From Chthonomonadaceae bacterium (GTDB lineage: Bacteria; Armatimonadota; Chthonomonadetes; Chthonomonadales; Chthonomonadaceae): a DNA stretch of 64,000 bases. The notes under the pieces are model-generated. The model had not been told where the DNA came from. It searched no databases and saw only the letters and a program-made list of their open reading frames with translations. How positions within the stretch are numbered: position 1 is the stretch's first letter; each line of letters begins with the position of its first letter. The translations under genes and the position numbers were made by a program. The stretch spans positions 1-64,000 of the forward strand of contig DASRGZ010000142.1 in assembly GCA_035650735.1 (NCBI GenBank). Reading direction: 5' to 3'. Positions 44,234 to 54,289 of the stretch are shown here, one piece after another.

Positions 44234-46261
44234 TCAGAGGCCGCCGATGCCCGATTCGGGCGGCAGATGCAGCCCGAAAAGCAGGTCGAGGACGGTACGC
44301 AGGAATCCGGCGGCAAACTCGCCCAGGACAAGTCCGAGGAAGAAGGGCAGGAAGCGGCGGTAGGCCCGCAAGCCCCCGTAGCGCAAAATCAGTACCTTCG
44401 CCAGCCAGCTTACGAAGATGGGCAGCCACAGCCGGAACAGCCCGAAGCTGCCCGAAACCATATAACCTGCCGGATGGAACGGCCACCAGAAGAAGCGGGA
44501 GCGCATCGAGACCAGGAACAGGGTAAAGCCCAAGCCGAACAGATAGGCCCCCATCGAGCCCCGATCCGGCTCCTGCGGAGAGGTGATCCAGGTGTCTAGC
44601 TTCTGCCAGGGCTCCCTGCCGAACGCCCAGATCGCCGGGCCGCGAAATTTGGCCGAGTCGTAGCCGACCTGGTACATCGTATGCAGGAAGGCCCAGAACG
44701 CCGCCACCGTCCCCAGCAGGCTCGCGCCCAGGATGATCGCCGAGACGGAGCGCAGCGGCGTCTGCGTGCGCCGTCCCAGGCGCACCGCATCCACCTGCGT
44801 CTGCATGGGGAATTGGCGGTGCGTGCGCGTCAGCCAGAAGAACAGCGTCATCACAGTCAGATCGCTGCGCGTCCAGGCGTTGGTGCCCGCGACGCGCTGG
44901 AGGATCTGATCGGCCCCCACCTGGTAGAGCTCGAAGGTCGGCAGGCCCAGCTCCGCGCGAATGCGCGCCACGACCACCACGATAACGAAGAGAATCCCCA
45001 GGTAGAGCACAGCGGTCTGCCAGCGCATCCCCGCCGCCACCGCAAACAACACCAGCCCCGCCAGCCCGCCGATCAGCCCGAACACCGTCGTCCGGTAGGA
45101 GAGCGGCTCGTCCGCATCGGAAGCAGCCTCCTCTGCCGCCGCGCCGTCGGTCTTCATGCCCCAGGCCGCGCGCCAGACCCGCCGCAGGTGTCCGCGCGCC
45201 GTCCAGACCACCGCCAGGAACAGCCCCAGAATCGCGCCCACGCCCTGCTGCTGGATATAGGGGAACCGGCCCCAGGGATTGACTTCCGTATAGCCCCACA
45301 TCGCTGCCGTCACCAGTTCCACCCGGCTCAGCAGGAAAAAGAACCAGCAGGAGAAGCCTAGCTGCGTCGGCAGCAGGAAGGTCAGGCCGTAAGCGAAGGG
45401 AAACGAGGAGATGGGGATCGGCCCGGCAGCGTTCCAGGGGTACGTATCGAAGGCATAGGTCTGGACGCCGATGGGGACGCCGGGAAAGGAAGGAGAAAGG
45501 GCGTGGATCAGGTTGACCAACTGTGGGATGGCGCCGACCGCCATCCCGCCCCAGAGCAGCGGCGCACGAAAGAGCGTCTCCGGCTGGTTGATGACCTGGA
45601 TCGGGATCTCGGCGATGGGATAGTTCAGGCGCTCGGCGTCCCATTGGCGGCGGAACAGGGAGGTCAGGCAGAGCATGGTCCAGACCACCAGCATCACAAA
45701 CAGCGTCCACCAGCCCAGCGGCGCGAGCCAGGGCAGGAGATGATCTCGGCGGTAGAGCGTGGAGTTGCCGATGTAGAGGGCGTCAATGGCCTCTTTCTCC
45801 CGCGTGACGAGATGCCCCGGAATATAGGGGATAATCTTCGTGCCCCAGCCCGTCTCCGGCGTGTCGTGGCGGAACACGTAGGTCAGAGTGGTGAAGAGGA
45901 TCTGGAGCACGTCATGCCCGGCGAGGTTGCTGGCGACGGCAACGACGACATAGAGGGCCACCAGCTCTTGCCGTGAGAACATCCAGCGCGGGCAAAGGCG
46001 GCGCAGCAGAGCGTTCAGGCCGATGAGGAGCAGCAGCAGCGTGATGGCATTGAAGAAGAGGGCCTGCGTTGTGGCGTTATCGGAGTAGCGGACGTATTCG
46101 ATCTCGGTCAGCCACCAGGCGTTGAGCGGAATCAGCAGGAGGGAAAAGAGGAGGACTCGCAGCGTCAACGCGCTCCGGCGGGACGGAGCCAGGGAAGCGG
46201 GCAGGATCTCTGCTTCGTTCATCTTTACAGGCTGTGCCAAGATCGCGTTGCGCCTCCTCAA
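44234..46261 (-). CDS. Polytopic membrane protein, DUF6785/DUF6784-like, paralog of 2439-4391
   Basis: RRQWDAERLNYP, ARIRAELG, WWPFHPAG, RYGG...LPFFLGL. Start may be ATG 46222. Confidence 0.75.
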   Translation of the reverse strand: MRRRNAILAQPVKMNEAEILPASLAPSRRSALTLRVLLFSLLLIPLNAWWLTEIEYVRYSDNATTQALFFNAITLLLLLIGLNALLRRLCPRWMFSRQELVALYVVVAVASNLAGHDVLQILFTTLTYVFRHDTPETGWGTKIIPYIPGHLVTREKEAIDALYIGNSTLYRRDHLLPWLAPLGWWTLFVMLVVWTMLCLTSLFRRQWDAERLNYPIAEIPIQVINQPETLFRAPLLWGGMAVGAIPQLVNLIHALSPSFPGVPIGVQTYAFDTYPWNAAGPIPISSFPFAYGLTFLLPTQLGFSCWFFFLLSRVELVTAAMWGYTEVNPWGRFPYIQQQGVGAILGLFLAVVWTARGHLRRVWRAAWGMKTDGAAAEEAASDADEPLSYRTTVFGLIGGLAGLVLFAVAAGMRWQTAVLYLGILFVIVVVVARIRAELGLPTFELYQVGADQILQRVAGTNAWTRSDLTVMTLFFWLTRTHRQFPMQTQVDAVRLGRRTQTPLRSVSAIILGASLLGTVAAFWAFLHTMYQVGYDSAKFRGPAIWAFGREPWQKLDTWITSPQEPDRGSMGAYLFGLGFTLFLVSMRSRFFWWPFHPAGYMVSGSFGLFRLWLPIFVSWLAKVLILRYGGLRAYRRFLPFFLGLVLGEFAAGFLRTVLDLLFGLHLPPESGIGGL

Positions 46262-46447
46262 CAGATAGCTTGCGTTTGCAGGCAGCCGTATGCTGCCTAC
46301 GCAGTGCTTCGCCGGACGGCCTTCCTTTTCCTTGTTTCACTCCCAATCCTCTCGGCATCCAGATCGGTCGGTAAAGCGGAATTCCCTTTCCTCTTTCTTT
46401 ATCTATAGTAGAATGAGAATATCAGACCATCCTGCGGAGAGAGCACC

Positions 46448-47078
46448 ATGCCCAGAGTTGCCCCGCCACCCGAAAAAGCGTTTTGCCCCGAACCAACTCC
46501 CCATCGCAAGCGCTGGACGCGCGACGAATGCGCTTTTCTGAGCGACAGCGGCCTGCTGGCGGGGCGCTATGAACTCATAGATGGGCAGATCCTTTCCAAA
46601 ATGGGACAGAAGCCGCCGCACCGCCTGACGGTCGTTCTGCTGCATGCCTGGCTGACCGCCGTGTTTGGGCTGCTGTTCGTGCAAAGCCAGTTGCCGATTG
46701 ATGTAGGCGACGCCGATCCCGAACACAACGATCCTGCAACCCGATGAGGCTGTCATTGTCGAGCCGACCACCGCCTACACCGACCGTCACCCTTGCCCCG
46801 CCGATCTGGTGCTGGTTGCCGAAGTGTCCGACACGACCCTGCGCTTCGACCTCACCACAAAAGCCGTCCTCTACGCCCGCGCGGGCATCCGTGAGTACTG
46901 GGTGGTAGATATTGTCGGAAGGCGGATCGACGCGCATCGTCAGCCAGCCACGCAGGGCTATCAGGAGATTCTGGTCTACGAGGAGACGGAACGGCTCTCT
47001 CCGCTGGCGCATCCGGAGGCGGCGGTGCGTGTCGCCGGCTTGCTGCCTCCTATGGGGGCCGGATCGGAAGGAGCCTGA
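46448..47078 (+). pseudogene. Uma2-family (DUF820) endonuclease, frameshifted
   Basis: RYELIDG...H in one frame and VAEVSDTTL.FD...KA.LYARAGI.EYWVVD in another; removing one base near 46736 restores DPQPD. Confidence 0.85.
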
Positions 47079-47186
47079 ACCACAGACTAGCCCTGTCGCC
47101 GCTGCTTTCTATTCCGATCAGGGGCCGAGACCTGGAACCTTAGCACCCTGGCAGCCTAACTGCTCCGGCTGCTTTTCTATCCGAAG

Positions 47187-48182
47187 TCAGACGAAAGAGG
47201 AAGGCTCTGGCGGCGGGATAGGGCCGCTTTCCGCAGGACGCCGGAAGTCCGGGGGGACGAAGACTTTGAGTGCATCCCGGGCCACGCGCAGGCGCACGGG
47301 CGTCTTGCCGCACAGGTCGCCATCGAGCACGAGTGGGTGCGGCGTTTCCGTCTCCACGGTAATGTCGTCGGTGAGGAAAGCGCGCAGGCCGGGCGTGTGG
47401 AAAAAACGCCCGTGCATGACGTGATAGGTCATCTTCAGGAAGGCCCATTTACTTTGCGGGGGAAGGGCATAGAAGGCCAGCTTCCCGCTCTCCAGATCCA
47501 CGCCCGGTATCGAAAGGGCGCCGCCCATCCAGAGATGCCCGTTGATAACGCCCGCCTGCAAGACCCTCAGGCATTCCTGCATCTGCCCGTAGCGCAGGGT
47601 GATGCGGATAGCGCGCAGGCGGCGCAGGGCCAGAAAGCCCGCAAGAACATAGCCGAACGGCCCGAACCGCTTCTTATAGGTCGGCGAGAGGAAGCGCTGC
47701 ATCCGCGCGGAGAAGCCGAGGCTGGCCGTAAGGAGGAAATAGCTCTCATTGGCCTGGCCCAGATCGATAGGCACGGCGTTCCCGGCGGCGAGAACTTCGC
47801 AGGCCGCCTCTACGCTCGGAGCAATACCCAGGTTGCGCGCGAAATCATTGACGGTGCCAAGCGGTAGGACGCCCAGCGCCGCATCCGTGTAGGCCAGCAC
47901 ATCGGCAGCGCAGCGGAGCGTGCCATCTCCCCCTCCGACCACTATCAGCTTCGCCCCCTCGGCGAGGCTTTGTCGCACGAGATCGGGCAGACGAGAAGGA
48001 TCGGTGAGGGAGTAGGCAGGGCGGAGGGTGAACCCCTGAGCGCGCAGGCACGCCTGCGCCCGCGCAAACCACTCCTGGCCGCGCCGCGCGCGCGTATTGA
48101 CAATCAGCGCCGCTTCCCGTGACGCACGCGCATGCTCCCCTGCGGGAGCGGGCACTGTCGTCTGTTCCCCAGCTTCGGACAT
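47187..48182 (-). CDS. Diacylglycerol/lipid kinase family (YegS/BmrU-like)
   Basis: LIVN, GGGDGT, LPLGTVNDFARNLG, LDGD. Confidence 0.9.
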   Translation of the reverse strand: MSEAGEQTTVPAPAGEHARASREAALIVNTRARRGQEWFARAQACLRAQGFTLRPAYSLTDPSRLPDLVRQSLAEGAKLIVVGGGDGTLRCAADVLAYTDAALGVLPLGTVNDFARNLGIAPSVEAACEVLAAGNAVPIDLGQANESYFLLTASLGFSARMQRFLSPTYKKRFGPFGYVLAGFLALRRLRAIRITLRYGQMQECLRVLQAGVINGHLWMGGALSIPGVDLESGKLAFYALPPQSKWAFLKMTYHVMHGRFFHTPGLRAFLTDDITVETETPHPLVLDGDLCGKTPVRLRVARDALKVFVPPDFRRPAESGPIPPPEPSSFV

Positions 48183-48393
48183 CCTTGTTTCCCTATGCCC
48201 AGTTGGGCCAGGTCCTCCTGTTGGTGCGCCCTTAAGCCCGAAGGAGAGGGAACAGGCCGCAAGGGACGCCAACATGCCGGACATCATCCAGAGACGTTTT
48301 TAGTTGGATTTAGGGTACACTGAAACGCAGAATTATCAAACCAGAGTACGATACAATTCTCAATATCGTAACCCGCTATGGAGGCAGACAGGG

Positions 48394-49416
48394 ATGATTG
48401 TGGTTATGGCGCCGCACGCCACGGAAGAGCAGATCAAGGACGTTGAGCGGCGTATTGTAGATTGGGGCTATGGGGTGCATCCCATCTATGGGGCCGAGCG
48501 CACCGTCATCGGCGCCGTCGGCGTGCCGGAGGCCGACAAAGCCCGCTACATGGAGTCGCTGGAGGCGCTGCCCTATGTGGAGCGGGTCATCGCCATCCTG
48601 CGGCCCTACAAGTTCGCCAGCCGCGAGTTTCACCCGGAAGGGACGGTGATTGATGTCAAGGGCGTGCCGGTTGGCGGCAACCAGATCGCCCTGATGGCCG
48701 GACCCTGTACCGTCGAGACCTACGAGCAGACCTGGGAGTCGGCGCAGGCATGTCGGGAGGCGGGCGCGACGATTCTGCGCGGCGGTGCCTACAAACCCAG
48801 CACCTCGCCCTATTCCTTCCAGGGGCACGGCGAGGAAGGCTTAAAAATCCTGCGTGACATCGCCGATAAGCTGGGCATGCGCGTCATCACCGAGGTGATG
48901 GACCCGCGCAACGTCGAGCTTGTCAGCCAATACGCCGATATCCTCCAGATCGGCACGCGCAACATGCAGAACTACGACCTGCTGCGCGAGGTCGGCAAGG
49001 CGAAAACGCCAGTGATGATCAAGCGGGGCATGTGGGCCAAGATCGAGGAGTGGCTGCAAGCGGCGGAGTACGTGCTGCTGGGCGGCAACAAAGACGTGAT
49101 GCTCTGTGAGCGCGGCATCCGCACCTTCGAGACCTACACGCGCAATACGCTCGACCTCTCCGCCGTCCCGGCGGTCAAGGAGCTCTCTCACCTGCCGGTG
49201 ATCGTGGACCCCAGCCAGGGAACGGGCAAGCGCAGCCTGGTGACGGCGATGACGAAGGCGGCGGTGGCGGTCGGGGCCGACGGCCTGCTGATCGAGGTGC
49301 ATCCCCATCCGGACAAGGCGCTCAAGGATGGAGCGCAATCGCTGACCTGTGCGCACTTCGGGCAACTGGTTGCCGAGCTTCGGCCCATTGCGCAGGCCAT
49401 CGGGCGCACGCTCTAG
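48394..49416 (+). CDS. aroF: DAHP synthase, type I-beta, with N-terminal regulatory domain
   Basis: [48 protein letters not shown]. Confidence 0.95.
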   Translation: MIVVMAPHATEEQIKDVERRIVDWGYGVHPIYGAERTVIGAVGVPEADKARYMESLEALPYVERVIAILRPYKFASREFHPEGTVIDVKGVPVGGNQIALMAGPCTVETYEQTWESAQACREAGATILRGGAYKPSTSPYSFQGHGEEGLKILRDIADKLGMRVITEVMDPRNVELVSQYADILQIGTRNMQNYDLLREVGKAKTPVMIKRGMWAKIEEWLQAAEYVLLGGNKDVMLCERGIRTFETYTRNTLDLSAVPAVKELSHLPVIVDPSQGTGKRSLVTAMTKAAVAVGADGLLIEVHPHPDKALKDGAQSLTCAHFGQLVAELRPIAQAIGRTL

Positions 49417-49484
49417 CGATTCCATATTCGCAAGGAGAAGGGGTAGGGGGTGAGGGCTTGCCCCCAACCCACTCAGGCTAGAGG

Positions 49485-50033
49485 ATGACTGAAGGCAACG
49501 CGATGACGGAGCCTCCCTTGCAAATCCGGTTATTAGCCGGGGCGGATATCGCGCCAATGGTTGCCGCGTTCCAGGCCATTGGCTGGGACATGCCCGCTGC
49601 GAAGTATCAGCGCTATCTGGCTGAGCAGAAGGCAGGGAAGCGCACGGTGTTGGTGGCCTTTCTGGAGGAAGCGTTCGCCGGATACCTAACCGTCGTCTGG
49701 CAGCCGGATTATCCCCCTCTTAAGGCCGAAGGCATCCCTGAAATCCAGGACTTCAACGTGCTGCCGCAATGCCGCCGGCGCGGCATCGGGACCCGCCTGA
49801 TGGATGCGGCGGAAGCACTGGTGGCGGAGCGTTCGCCCGTGGTCGGCATTGGCGTCGGCCTCTATGCCGATTATGGCTCGGCGCAGCGTCTCTATGTGCA
49901 GCGCGGCTATATCCCGGATGGCCGAGGCATCACGTATGAGGATCGCTTCGTCACGCCCGGAGAGATGGTTCGGGTGGACGATGGGTTGCTCCTCCATTTT
50001 ACCAAAACGTTACGGCGTCCGCCGACTCCCTGA
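49485..50033 (+). CDS. GNAT-family acetyltransferase
   Basis: VLPQCRRRGIGTRLM acetyl-CoA motif; AQRLYVQRGY. Confidence 0.9.
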   Translation: MTEGNAMTEPPLQIRLLAGADIAPMVAAFQAIGWDMPAAKYQRYLAEQKAGKRTVLVAFLEEAFAGYLTVVWQPDYPPLKAEGIPEIQDFNVLPQCRRRGIGTRLMDAAEALVAERSPVVGIGVGLYADYGSAQRLYVQRGYIPDGRGITYEDRFVTPGEMVRVDDGLLLHFTKTLRRPPTP

Positions 50034-50212
50034 GCGCCCGCGCCGGTTTGTCCTTTCCTCACTCTCTCCCACGCAAAACGACGGTTTCCCCGTCGTAAAC
50101 CCGGCAAATTACCAGCAGATTTCCCCCTCTATTTGGGCAAAAATGAGATACCGTAACCTGCACGGGCGCGGCAGGCACGCTGTCCTGCCCGAATGCTGTT
50201 GCGCCCATCTCT

Positions 50213-52084
50213 TTGCTCTGCGCTGGAGGGAGAACCGCCGTGTTGCTGACATCGCCCGCACTACTTACCGCACTTCTCCTGGGAGGCGCGGGGGTTGGCC
50301 TTACCTGGCGCCAGGCCTTGCGGCGCGCGCTGCGGCGCCAGGCGGCGGAATGGGAAGCGCGTCTGGCGGCGGAACGCAGAGCGGGGCAGAGCCTCTGTTT
50401 TGCCGTTCTGGAAAGCCTGGCCTGCGCCATCGAAGCCACCCACTCCTACGACGTTGACCACCTCCCCTGCGTCGTGGCCTATGTGGCTGCCATGGCGCGA
50501 GAGCTGGCCCTGCCGGAGGAGGAGACGTCAGCGCTGCGCGCCGCGGCCCTGCTTCATAACATCGGGCGGCTGGGCGTGCCGGAGCATATCCTGCATAAAC
50601 CGGAGCCGCTGGCCCCAGAAGAGCAGGAGAAACTGCGCTCCCATCCCCTGCTGGCGGCGCAACTGCTAGAAGCCATTCCCTTCCCCTGGTCGGTCGTCTC
50701 CCTGGTGCGTCACTATACGGAGCATTGGGACGGCACCGGCTACCCGGACGGACTGGCGGGCCAGGCCATTCCGTTCGGTGCGCGCCTGCTGGCCGTCGCC
50801 GCCGCCTATAGCGCGCTGCAGCATGCGCGCCCGTTTCGCGCCGCCCTCCCGTCCGAGGAGGCGATGGAGGCGATCTCGGCGCGTGCGGGAACGCAGTTCG
50901 ACCCGGAGGTCGTGGCCTTGTTCCGCAGGGTGATCGCACAGATGAGGGCCGGTCTTGCGGCGACAGGGGCGCAGGGCGGGAAGACGCCGCTGCCGGCGTC
51001 GGCGCTCCTGGGGCCCCTGGCCAGGCCCGGGGCGCGCGCCACCCTCGACATCATGGCTGCCACACAGCGCGAAACCATCGGCCTGTTCACTCTCTCCCAG
51101 GCGGTCACGGACTCGCTGCACCTGGAGGTAGTCGGCAACACGCTGCTGCATAGCGTCTGCACCCTCGTGCCCTGCGCCGCGTGCGTCCTCTTCCTGGCCG
51201 AGGACGATGGGGAGTTCCTGCGTGCCCAGGCCGCCATCGGCGCCAATGCGCGCCATCTGCTCGGCAGCCTGGCCCGCGTCGGCACCTACCTGACGGGCCG
51301 CGCCTTCTCGCGCGGTGAGGTCACGCGCGCCTCGTTCCTGGCCCACGACCTGATCCTGCGCGATGTCAGCGACGTTTGGATACCCTTCCGCTCCACGCTG
51401 ATCGTGCCGCTAATAGCCGACGGGCAGCCGCTAGGCACGCTCAATCTGTATGCGGAAGAGCCGGAAGCCTTCGGGACGGATGCCCTGCGGGTGATGCGCC
51501 GGATCGCCGCGCAGGCCGGCCATGTACTGGAGAATGCCCGCCGCTTCGCCGCCGTGCAGGAGACGGCCTATACCGACGCCCTGACCGGCTTGCGCAACGC
51601 CCGCTACCTGCGCGAGTTCCTGGAGGGCGAGCTTAACCGCTCGCGCCGGGAGAACACGCCGCTGGCCGTCCTCAATATTGACCTGGATAACTTCAAGCCC
51701 ATCAACGACACCTACGGCCACGCGCGCGGCGACCAGACGCTGCGCGAGATCGCCCATATCCTGCATACCCACATCCGCAACTACGACCTGGCGGCGCGCT
51801 ATGCCGGCGATGAGTTTGTCGTCGTGCTCTCGCGCACCGGGCGCATTCCTGCCGAGGCGGTCGCCGCCAAGCTGAAGCAGGCTGTCCAGAGGCACTGCGA
51901 GGCGCTTATCGCCAGCGATCCCAACTTCCCGCCGCTCGGCATCAGCATTGGCATCGCTCTCTTCCCGGAGGACTCCGAGGACCAGCAAGGCCTGCTTTGC
52001 CGTTCGGACGCCGCTATGTACCTGGACAAGCAGCAGCGCCGCGCCCAACGCGCTGCCTCCGGCGATGGCCTCCAGGCCGCCTGA
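50213..52084 (+). CDS. TM-HD-GYP(degenerate)-GAF-GGDEF signalling protein
   Basis: ALLHNIG, EHWDGTGYPDGL; GAF; TDALTGL.N, DLDNFK.IND.YGH..GD, RNYD I-site, RYAGDEF. Start uncertain. Confidence 0.9.
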   Translation: MLCAGGRTAVLLTSPALLTALLLGGAGVGLTWRQALRRALRRQAAEWEARLAAERRAGQSLCFAVLESLACAIEATHSYDVDHLPCVVAYVAAMARELALPEEETSALRAAALLHNIGRLGVPEHILHKPEPLAPEEQEKLRSHPLLAAQLLEAIPFPWSVVSLVRHYTEHWDGTGYPDGLAGQAIPFGARLLAVAAAYSALQHARPFRAALPSEEAMEAISARAGTQFDPEVVALFRRVIAQMRAGLAATGAQGGKTPLPASALLGPLARPGARATLDIMAATQRETIGLFTLSQAVTDSLHLEVVGNTLLHSVCTLVPCAACVLFLAEDDGEFLRAQAAIGANARHLLGSLARVGTYLTGRAFSRGEVTRASFLAHDLILRDVSDVWIPFRSTLIVPLIADGQPLGTLNLYAEEPEAFGTDALRVMRRIAAQAGHVLENARRFAAVQETAYTDALTGLRNARYLREFLEGELNRSRRENTPLAVLNIDLDNFKPINDTYGHARGDQTLREIAHILHTHIRNYDLAARYAGDEFVVVLSRTGRIPAEAVAAKLKQAVQRHCEALIASDPNFPPLGISIGIALFPEDSEDQQGLLCRSDAAMYLDKQQRRAQRAASGDGLQAA

Positions 52085-52114
52085 ATCCCCAGAGGCCCTC
52101 ACCCCCGGCCCCTT

Positions 52115-52198
52115 GTGTAGGGTGTAGGGTGTAGGGTGTAGGGGGTAGGGGGTAGGGTGTAGGGGATAGGGGGTAGGGTGTAGGGGATAGGGGGTAGA
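52115..52198 (+). repeat. 12 x heptamer G(T/G)(G/A)TAGG tandem repeat inside a REP-like element (~52095-52350)
   Basis: Units GTGTAGG, GGGTAGG and GGATAGG counted directly; the last unit is GGGTAGA. Confidence 0.92.
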
Positions 52199-52375
52199 GT
52201 CGCCCTCACCCCCTTCCCCCCCTCCCTCCAAGGGAGAGGGGAGAGCAGAAGCCGGGTCCCTCCCTTCCCTCGTAGGGTCGCAAGGTGTCGCAAGGCGGAG
52301 GCGCGAACCGTTGTAGCGCTGACCCTTGCAGTGGGGGCCGGGGGGGTAGGTGTAATCTGTAGATCTCCTCGCCGC

Positions 52376-52404
52376 TTGACAGGGACGGCGGCGCGTGCGA
52401 TAAT
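52376..52404 (+). promoter_or_regulatory. Sigma70-type promoter
   Basis: TTGACA-17 bp-GATAAT. Confidence 0.6.
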
Positions 52405-52451
52405 ACCCCGCCTGAGCGCGTCAAAATTCCCGCTCATGAGGAGGTTTCTCT

Positions 52452-54284
52452 GTGATACCCGTCCGTCGCATTGCGCCGCTGGCGTGCCTGCTGTTCCTGC
52501 TCGGCAGTACGGCGGTTCGCGCTGCCGAGGCCGATTGGAAGCCCGCGCCCGCGCCCCTGATGACCCGCTGGGCCGCCGATGTCTCCCCCGAAAGGGCCAG
52601 GCCCGAATACCCCCGTCCCAATGCCGTCCGCAAGGAGTGGTTGAACCTGAACGGCCTGTGGCAATTCGCCTTTGATGATCAGAACGCGGGCCGCGCCGCC
52701 AACTGGTCATCTGGGCACCAACTGCCGCAGCGCATTCTGGTTCCCTGGACGTTCGAGGCGGCTCTCTCCGGCATCGGCAAGGGCAAGGAGGTTCATGAGC
52801 GCGTCTGGTATCGGCGCACCTTTGACGTGCCGGGCCGCTGGCAGGGGAAGCATGTCCTGCTCCACTTCGGCGCGGTGGACTGGGAGAGCACGGTCTGGGT
52901 CAACGGCAAGGAGATGGGTACGCATCGAGGCGGCTATGCCCCCTTCACCTACGACATCACAAGCGCCTTGAAGGCGCACGGCCCGCAGGAGCTTGTCGTC
53001 GCCGTCTACGACCCCGCCGACCCGAAGAAAGGCGCCTATCAGCCCAAAGGCAAGCAGCTCGGCAGCGAGGGCATCTGGTACACGCGCACGACCGGCATCT
53101 GGCAGACGGTCTGGCTGGAGCCGGTCAGCCCGGTCCATATCGCCTCGTTCTCCCTAGAGCCGTCGCTGCTTCACGATAACCGGGACGGCGCGCTGCTGGT
53201 CAGCGCGAATATCGCCGGGGTGGAAAAAGCCCCGATCACTCTAGAGGCCGCGCTAACGCGCCAGGGCCGCAGAGTAAGCTGGGGACGCGCATTCGGCTCC
53301 CAGCCCAATCCGAGCCTCCACTTTAGCCTTCCGACTCCTGCTCTTTGGACCCCCGAAACGCCCAACCTTTACGACGTGACGCTGACTCTGAAGCAGGGCG
53401 GGCACGTCCTGGACGTTATCCAGTCCTACTGCGCGTTCCGCGCCGTCGGCATTGCCAACGGGCGCATCACCCTCAACGGCAAGCCCTACTTCCTGCGCGG
53501 CGTGCTGGATCAGGGCTTCTGGCCGGACGGCGTCTATACCGCGCCCACCGACGCCGCCATTCGCAACGACGTCCTGATGACAAAAGCGTTCGGCTTGAAC
53601 ACGGCCCGCAAGCACGTCAAGGTGGAGGACCCGCGCTGGTACTACTGGTGTGACCGGCTGGGCCTGCTCGTCGCGCAGGACATGCCAAGCAGCCATAACC
53701 TCTCCACCGACGAGGCCAAGCAGAACTTCGTGCAGGAGTGGAAGGAGATCCTGGCGGCGGTGCGCGCCCATCCTTGCGTGATCCTCTGGATCACCTTTAA
53801 CGAGAACTGGGGCGATCCGAAGGAGTTCCAGGATACGGTGGTCGAGTTGACGCGCGCCGCCGATCCGACGCGCCCCATCATTGATGCCTCCGGCTGGAAC
53901 CAGCGCGACAAGACCGACATCACCGACATTCACGACTACGGCAACGACCTGCGCCGGCATTGCACCCCGAACCCGCCGCGCCCGCGCTGGATCGGGGAGT
54001 ACGGCGGCGTGGCCCTGCCGGTTCCGGGGCATACCTGGGTGCAAGGCTGGGGCTATCAGACCGTCCACACGCCCGCAGAACTGGTGGAAAAGTACCGCTT
54101 CCTGACCGATCAGATCAATAACGGACCGGGCCTGTCCGGCTACATCTATACGCAGCTGACCGACGTGGAGCAGGAACTGAACGGCCTGATGACCTACGAC
54201 CGTCTTCCCAAGGCCCCGCCGAAGGCGTTCGCCGCCATCAACGCCGGCACCCGGAAGGCAGTGGCGGCGCAGGAGAAGCGGTAG
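52452..54284 (+). CDS. Secreted glycoside hydrolase family 2 (beta-galactosidase-like)
   Basis: Signal peptide; EYPRP, LNLNGLWQF, LHFGAVDW, TGIWQTVWLE, LDQGFWPDG, FNE, GEYGG. Confidence 0.93.
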   Translation: MIPVRRIAPLACLLFLLGSTAVRAAEADWKPAPAPLMTRWAADVSPERARPEYPRPNAVRKEWLNLNGLWQFAFDDQNAGRAANWSSGHQLPQRILVPWTFEAALSGIGKGKEVHERVWYRRTFDVPGRWQGKHVLLHFGAVDWESTVWVNGKEMGTHRGGYAPFTYDITSALKAHGPQELVVAVYDPADPKKGAYQPKGKQLGSEGIWYTRTTGIWQTVWLEPVSPVHIASFSLEPSLLHDNRDGALLVSANIAGVEKAPITLEAALTRQGRRVSWGRAFGSQPNPSLHFSLPTPALWTPETPNLYDVTLTLKQGGHVLDVIQSYCAFRAVGIANGRITLNGKPYFLRGVLDQGFWPDGVYTAPTDAAIRNDVLMTKAFGLNTARKHVKVEDPRWYYWCDRLGLLVAQDMPSSHNLSTDEAKQNFVQEWKEILAAVRAHPCVILWITFNENWGDPKEFQDTVVELTRAADPTRPIIDASGWNQRDKTDITDIHDYGNDLRRHCTPNPPRPRWIGEYGGVALPVPGHTWVQGWGYQTVHTPAELVEKYRFLTDQINNGPGLSGYIYTQLTDVEQELNGLMTYDRLPKAPPKAFAAINAGTRKAVAAQEKR

Positions 54285-54289
54285 CGGCG

